From the NCBI GenBank assembly GCA_034670305.1, contig JAXMNT010000057.1, forward strand, positions 1 to 49,607: DNA of 49,607 nucleotides. Direction: 5' to 3'. Below, in pieces: positions 45,063-49,607 of this stretch. The notes below the pieces were generated by a model. That model saw nothing but the letters and a program-made list of their open reading frames with translations. It searched no databases and was not told where the DNA came from. Position numbers and translations under genes: made by a program. The first letter of the stretch is position 1. Every line of letters starts with the position of its first letter. The DNA comes from Deltaproteobacteria bacterium (lineage in GTDB: Bacteria; Myxococcota_A; Polyangia; Polyangiales; Houyiibacteriaceae).

Positions 45063-46514
45063 TCAGTCGAAGCGGGTGTAGTGGGGCTCGGCCATCATTG
45101 CCTCGGTCTCCATCTCGCTCGCCTCCGATTCCATGTTCGAGGCGGCGCGCATGGTGTTCCGTGGGACTCGGCGCATCGTCGTCTGCTCTGGCAGGGTGTC
45201 GAGGGCATCGCTCTCCAGCAAGACCAGGCGCTCTTCATTCGGGACGAGTTCGGCTTCCATCGGCTTGAATCCGCTGCGCCGCACTTCGACCGTCAGTCGA
45301 TCGGAGGTGGGCATGTCGTGGCGGAGCGGGGTGATGCCGAGCAGTCGATCGAGATGCCAGACCTCTGCACCGGCCGGGTCGCTGTCCAGCGCGGCGGTCC
45401 CGATGGTCGGCAGCTCGGTGGCCTCGACTTGGATGTCGTCGCCGCCGAGCGTCATCGTGGTGGTGGGAAGCTGGGTGAACTCGGGTTCTGGCTCACGCAT
45501 CGCCCACCAGGCGACGAGCGCGAGGGAGAGTACGAGCATGCCGGCGCCGGCGACCCACGGCCACCGTTCGCGGGCTTCGCGCCCCGCACGTACGAACACG
45601 CCGGTCTGACCCACGCCCGCCCGAGCATCCGCGAGGCACGCTTCGAGCGCGCGAATGAACGCGTCCGCGTCGGCGAACCGTTTCTCGGGGCTCTTCTCCA
45701 GGGCCTTCAGCACCGCCTTCTCGAGGCGAGACGGGATGTTCTGGCTGGGTGCCGCTTTGCTGGGCGGCTCCGGCGCGTCCCGAATGTGTTTGGCCATGAC
45801 GACCACCGCGTCGTCGTCTCGGAATGGAGGCAAACCAGTGAGCAGCTGGTAGAGCAGGGTGCCGACCGAGTAGAGGTCGCTTCGCGCGTCCATCGGCTTT
45901 CCCTGCGCCTGCTCAGGGGACATGTAGCGCGGGGTGCCGAAGACCGTGCCCTTCTGGGTCTCCAGCTGGTCGAACTGGTTCTCGCCTTCGAACACTTTCG
46001 CGATGCCGAAGTCGAGCACCTTCACCACGGGCTCGCCGTGACCGTCGACATCGGCGAGGAAGATGTTGTCGGGTTTCAGGTCGCGGTGAATGATCCCTTT
46101 GGAGTGGGCTTCGTGCAGGGACGAGAGGATCTGGGTGACCACGACGATCGCGTCGGCCGGTCGCAAGCACCCCTCGCGCTCGAGCTTCTTGGTGAGCAGC
46201 TCGCCTTCGAGCATCTCCATCGCAAGGAACAGGGTTCCGTTGGAGGTCTGGCCGAAGTCGAAGACCCGGACCGTGTTCGCATGGCCGAGAAGGCTCATCG
46301 CCTTCGCTTCGCGGTGGAAGCGGGTGATGGTGTCGGGATCCCAGCTGACCTCGTCCTTGAGGAGCTTGAGCGCGACCTTCCGATCGAGCCCGATCTGCGT
46401 GGCGCGGTAGACCGTGCCCATGCCGCCGCTGCCGATCTTCACTTCGATGGCGAAGCGGTCCGCGACAGTCGCCCCGATCATCGGGTCGTGTTGTTCAGCT
46501 ACCCCGTAGGCCAC
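45063..46514 (-). CDS. Membrane Ser/Thr protein kinase with PEGA-like domain
   Basis: GSGGMG, VALK, HRDLKPDN, DFG and GTPRYMSPE; TM helix; DSDPAGAEVW. Confidence 0.95.
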   Translation of the reverse strand: MAYGVAEQHDPMIGATVADRFAIEVKIGSGGMGTVYRATQIGLDRKVALKLLKDEVSWDPDTITRFHREAKAMSLLGHANTVRVFDFGQTSNGTLFLAMEMLEGELLTKKLEREGCLRPADAIVVVTQILSSLHEAHSKGIIHRDLKPDNIFLADVDGHGEPVVKVLDFGIAKVFEGENQFDQLETQKGTVFGTPRYMSPEQAQGKPMDARSDLYSVGTLLYQLLTGLPPFRDDDAVVVMAKHIRDAPEPPSKAAPSQNIPSRLEKAVLKALEKSPEKRFADADAFIRALEACLADARAGVGQTGVFVRAGREARERWPWVAGAGMLVLSLALVAWWAMREPEPEFTQLPTTTMTLGGDDIQVEATELPTIGTAALDSDPAGAEVWHLDRLLGITPLRHDMPTSDRLTVEVRRSGFKPMEAELVPNEERLVLLESDALDTLPEQTTMRRVPRNTMRAASNMESEASEMETEAMMAEPHYTRFD

Positions 46515-46555
46515 GTCCCTCCGAGGTTATCACGCCGGAAGGGACCTCACACCAT

Positions 46556-48022
46556 TCAGCCGTCTGGGGTGCACACCATGGGGAAGAACGTTTCCCCACT
46601 CAGGGACGCGTTGCCGGCCCGGCACGTCTCCCCTGCACCGCAGTGGGATGGGATGCAGCAGGGGTTCGGTTCGCCATCGCTCGTGGGGCCGCATCCCGGG
46701 ATGAGCTCGGTGCCCCCGTAGACGTAGAGCTTGCAGGAGTCGAAGTTGAAGATGCTCGAGAAGTTGCAGTCCCCGTGGGTGGCACAGCTCCCAGAAATAC
46801 AGCAGTTGTCGCCGAATCCGCACAGGCTCTGGCAGTCGGCCACGCTGCAATCGAGGTCGCCGCCGCACGAATCGTTCTGTTCCCCGAGCGCAGGCGCGCA
46901 GTAGGCGTTCACCACGCCTGCGAGAAGACGCTGCACGCACGTCATGCCCCCAGGGCAATCGCCGGAGCGGCGGCAGGCGTGGATGCACCGACCCAACGTC
47001 GAGTCGCATCGGCCGCTGCGGCACTCGGCGCCACTGGAACACGCTGCATAGGCGGCGCCCGCGCCGAGCGTGGTGCGGCCCGTGACCGCGCTCTGGGTGC
47101 TCGCGGGCAAGCAAGTCCGCCCGCCCGATCCGGAGGCCCAGCAGAACTGGTCGCTGGGACAGTCGTTGTCGCTGCAGCATGCCTGCGCACAGATTCCACC
47201 CGGCGGCACCGGGGCGAACCCGAACCGCTCCATCGGGCTGCACACCTGACTCGCGCATTCGATGTCCCGGCCACACGCCTCGCCGGCACCGCGCGAAACT
47301 TCGCACTCCCCGGTGACCGGGTTGCAGAAGCTGGCGCCCACGCACTCTTCGTCCGTGCATCCCACATTCACGCATCGGAACGGCGTGGTGGTCGTGTCGC
47401 AGATCTCGCCCTCGACCGTGCAGCGTTGAGACTCGACGGTGCAGTCCCAAGGCTCCACGCACTGGAGGTTGATGCACGTGCGGCCGCCGTCGCAGGGGTT
47501 CTCGCCTGGAGGCGGCGCGGCGTTGCCGTCGCAGTCGTGGTCGATCACGTCGCATTCCTCGCGCATGATCCCAGGGTTCACATCCGCGTTGCGGGGCTCG
47601 CAGTCCGCGAGTTCGAGGTTCGGGACGCAGACCGCGTCGGGTGTGGTCCCACAGTCCTGGGTGCCGCAGTCGTTGTAGAAGTCGCCGTCGACGTCGAACG
47701 TCTCCTCCACATCGATCGTGTCCCGAATGACTCCGTCGCCGTTCAGGTCGTTGCCTTCGTCGAACCGGCCGTCGCAGTCTTCGTCGATGCCGTTGCAGGT
47801 CTCCGTGTTGCCCGCGAAGCCTTCATCGATCTCACCGTTGCAGTTGTCGTCGACGCCGTTGCAGATCTCGACGGCGTCTTCGCACGCGCGGCACACGCCT
47901 TCGGAGCACGTCATCCCGATCGGGCACGCGGCGCCGTCTTCGCACCGAAGGTCGCCGGGTCCGCCCGTGATGACGGAGCAGGCCGAAGAGAAGAGCGCAG
48001 CGACGACGAGTAGGTTCCGCAT
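46556..48022 (-). CDS. Cys-rich lipoprotein with putative metal-binding (MopE-like) repeats
   Basis: Start re-called to ATG 48022 (TGATG overlap). Lipobox SSAC. EICNGVDDNCNGEIDE, ETCNGIDEDCDGRFDE and EECDVIDHDCDG; many Cys-rich modules. Confidence 0.85.
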   Translation of the reverse strand: MRNLLVVAALFSSACSVITGGPGDLRCEDGAACPIGMTCSEGVCRACEDAVEICNGVDDNCNGEIDEGFAGNTETCNGIDEDCDGRFDEGNDLNGDGVIRDTIDVEETFDVDGDFYNDCGTQDCGTTPDAVCVPNLELADCEPRNADVNPGIMREECDVIDHDCDGNAAPPPGENPCDGGRTCINLQCVEPWDCTVESQRCTVEGEICDTTTTPFRCVNVGCTDEECVGASFCNPVTGECEVSRGAGEACGRDIECASQVCSPMERFGFAPVPPGGICAQACCSDNDCPSDQFCWASGSGGRTCLPASTQSAVTGRTTLGAGAAYAACSSGAECRSGRCDSTLGRCIHACRRSGDCPGGMTCVQRLLAGVVNAYCAPALGEQNDSCGGDLDCSVADCQSLCGFGDNCCISGSCATHGDCNFSSIFNFDSCKLYVYGGTELIPGCGPTSDGEPNPCCIPSHCGAGETCRAGNASLSGETFFPMVCTPDG

Positions 48023-48861
48023 CAGAACTGCCCCCGCAGCATCACACCGGTGGGACCGACGGCGATGTCGACGCCCGGTTCCGCGTCCCGTTCGAATGTT
48101 CGAACCCGGAGCACGTAGAGCAAGAGGGCCGCGGTGGTCGCTGCGGCGCCGAGCCCGATGAGGATGTCCGACGAGAGGGCGAGGCGATCCAGCCGCTGGC
48201 TGTCCGCGTTGAGGTCGGCCTGAAAGACGGTGGGGTCGTCGCCCACCCGCAGCCGGCGATCGTCGAGATCCGAGTTCAATCGAAGCGCGAACGCACCGGT
48301 GAGGGTGCCAGCCAAGAGCAAGCCGGCGCCGCCGCCAAGCGTGAGCCAGAACGGGAGATCGGCGATGCCGCGTTCTTTGACGATCACACGCGGCGCGAGC
48401 TGCCGCAGCTCCGGCGGAGCGGCCTCGGCGGACGCGCGAAGCGCCATGTAGTCGCGGGCGCCCCGAAGGCGGTTCAAGGTCGATTGGATCGACTCCCGCT
48501 CCTCTTCGTCGTCCGGGGACAGAAGCTGCTGGTAGTTCTCGGCGTAGGCGATCGCTTCGTCCAGATTGCCCATCAACTCGGACACGCGGGCGAGGTTGAA
48601 GAGCAAGGTCGGCGAGCCCGGATCGAGCTGGAGGGCACGCTGAAGCTCGGCCAGGGCCTGAGGGTATTGACCTTCCAGGTAGAGCTGCCGGGCGCTGGCG
48701 AACAGCTCGACGGCTTCTTCCGGCGGGGTGCGGGTCTCCTGGGCTCGGGCGGTGGTCCAGGATGCGGAGAGCATCGAGAGCGCCATCGCGGCGGTGAGCA
48801 GGCGTCCCAGCGGCGCGGTTCCTCGCATCGGACGCATCGTACCGCACATCGGCGGGGTCAC
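48022..48861 (-). CDS. Secreted TPR protein with hydrophobic hairpin and C-terminal beta-signal-like motif
   Basis: Signal peptide ending ARA. TPR LLFNLARVSELMG. Two Gly-rich hydrophobic segments. Ends GVMLRGQF. Exact start uncertain. Confidence 0.8.
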   Translation of the reverse strand: MTPPMCGTMRPMRGTAPLGRLLTAAMALSMLSASWTTARAQETRTPPEEAVELFASARQLYLEGQYPQALAELQRALQLDPGSPTLLFNLARVSELMGNLDEAIAYAENYQQLLSPDDEEERESIQSTLNRLRGARDYMALRASAEAAPPELRQLAPRVIVKERGIADLPFWLTLGGGAGLLLAGTLTGAFALRLNSDLDDRRLRVGDDPTVFQADLNADSQRLDRLALSSDILIGLGAAATTAALLLYVLRVRTFERDAEPGVDIAVGPTGVMLRGQF

Positions 48862-49385
48862 GTGTCGGCTTCTTTTCCCGACGTCGAATCGACTTCCGGC
48901 GACGACGCGCGGCTTGCCCAGAGGGTCCGCAGCACCCGCGCGGTGTAGTGCCGTCGCAGCGGCCCTTCGTAGAGCGTGACCAACTCGTCCATCAGGTGGC
49001 CCGCGCGTTCGGAGTCGAGCGCGACCTCGTCGAGCCGCCGCCAGAGCAACTTCTCGAGCCCTCGGTGCCGACCCGCCCGGGTCATGGCCCGAGAGAGCAG
49101 CTTCAGGCTCTGGCCCTTCTCCGGATCGGCCCGATCCGCTCGGCGGGCGTACGAGGCGGCGAGGCCCGAGCGCCCGAGCTCGTCGAGGGCGATGGTCGCG
49201 GCTTCCCGGTACGCCTCGGCGCGCTGGGTGGGGTCATCCTTGGCGGAGCGTGCCCGGGCCCGCGCTTCGCCGAGACGTTTGCGCGACGCCACGAGCTCAG
49301 GATCGCGAAACAGCGCGATGCGCGACTTGATCACGAGAAACGTGACGAAGAGGAGAACGGCTGCGAGGAGGATCCATCGGTTCAT
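48858..49385 (-). CDS. Hypothetical membrane-anchored helical protein
   Basis: Start re-called to ATG 49385 (MNRWILLAAVLLFVTFLVIK). Stop overlaps the next gene's GTG. Confidence 0.7.
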   Translation of the reverse strand: MNRWILLAAVLLFVTFLVIKSRIALFRDPELVASRKRLGEARARARSAKDDPTQRAEAYREAATIALDELGRSGLAASYARRADRADPEKGQSLKLLSRAMTRAGRHRGLEKLLWRRLDEVALDSERAGHLMDELVTLYEGPLRRHYTARVLRTLWASRASSPEVDSTSGKEADT

Positions 49386-49484
49386 CGGACACCGGTCCGT
49401 AGCATGCCACGGTTTGCGGGCACCACGCCTGTGCTGGCTTGGGGAGTCGCAGTGCTGGGGCAATCGCTGCGAAGGTCGCGCCTG

Positions 49485-49607
49485 CTAGCAGGTTGCTGAA
49501 GAACGCCCGCAGGGCGTTCTCGCAGCCTGCCCCTTGCCCCTGCCCTTGCCTTTGCCCTTGCCCGCGGATCAGCGGTCAGATCGCTTGATCAGCGCGACGA
49601 GCATCGC
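49485..49607. mobile_element. MITE/REP-like element, variant A, left part (truncated by window end)
   Basis: Matches 11166-11288 with about two substitutions; begins CTAGCAGGTTGCTGAA. Confidence 0.8.

Overview
GC-rich, gene-dense bacterial DNA. The gene content points to Myxococcota, probably Polyangia/Sandaracinaceae-like: a MYXO-CTERM protein, four eukaryote-like Ser/Thr kinases (three with PEGA or PEGA-like domains), Cys-rich lipoproteins and a barrel-fused SppA. The taxonomy is inference from protein architectures. I can support 32 protein-coding genes. Housekeeping genes are lgt, sppA, a pccB-type carboxyltransferase, gcvT-gcvH-gcvPA (no gcvPB), miaA, mutL and mutS2. There is also a small surface-glycan cluster and many secreted or lipoprotein genes. 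I found no rRNA, tRNA, CRISPR array, transposase or phage genes. Most notable: (1) a family of non-coding, CTAG-bounded, hairpin-rich MITE/REP-like elements with 4 copies in two variants plus a remnant; they reuse TAG stop codons, carry a perfect G-quadruplex motif and form both window ends; (2) a co-oriented, partly coupled surface cluster: LVIVD-propeller lipoprotein, PKD/propeller/di-haem CcP-MauG-type enzyme, integrin-beta-like vWA lipoprotein, MYXO-CTERM Ca-repeat protein and a TPR protein; (3) Met-rich patches in the extracytoplasmic tails of all four kinases; (4) a MutL lacking its endonuclease motifs. Several start codons were re-called by eye from the ORF track and are approximate.
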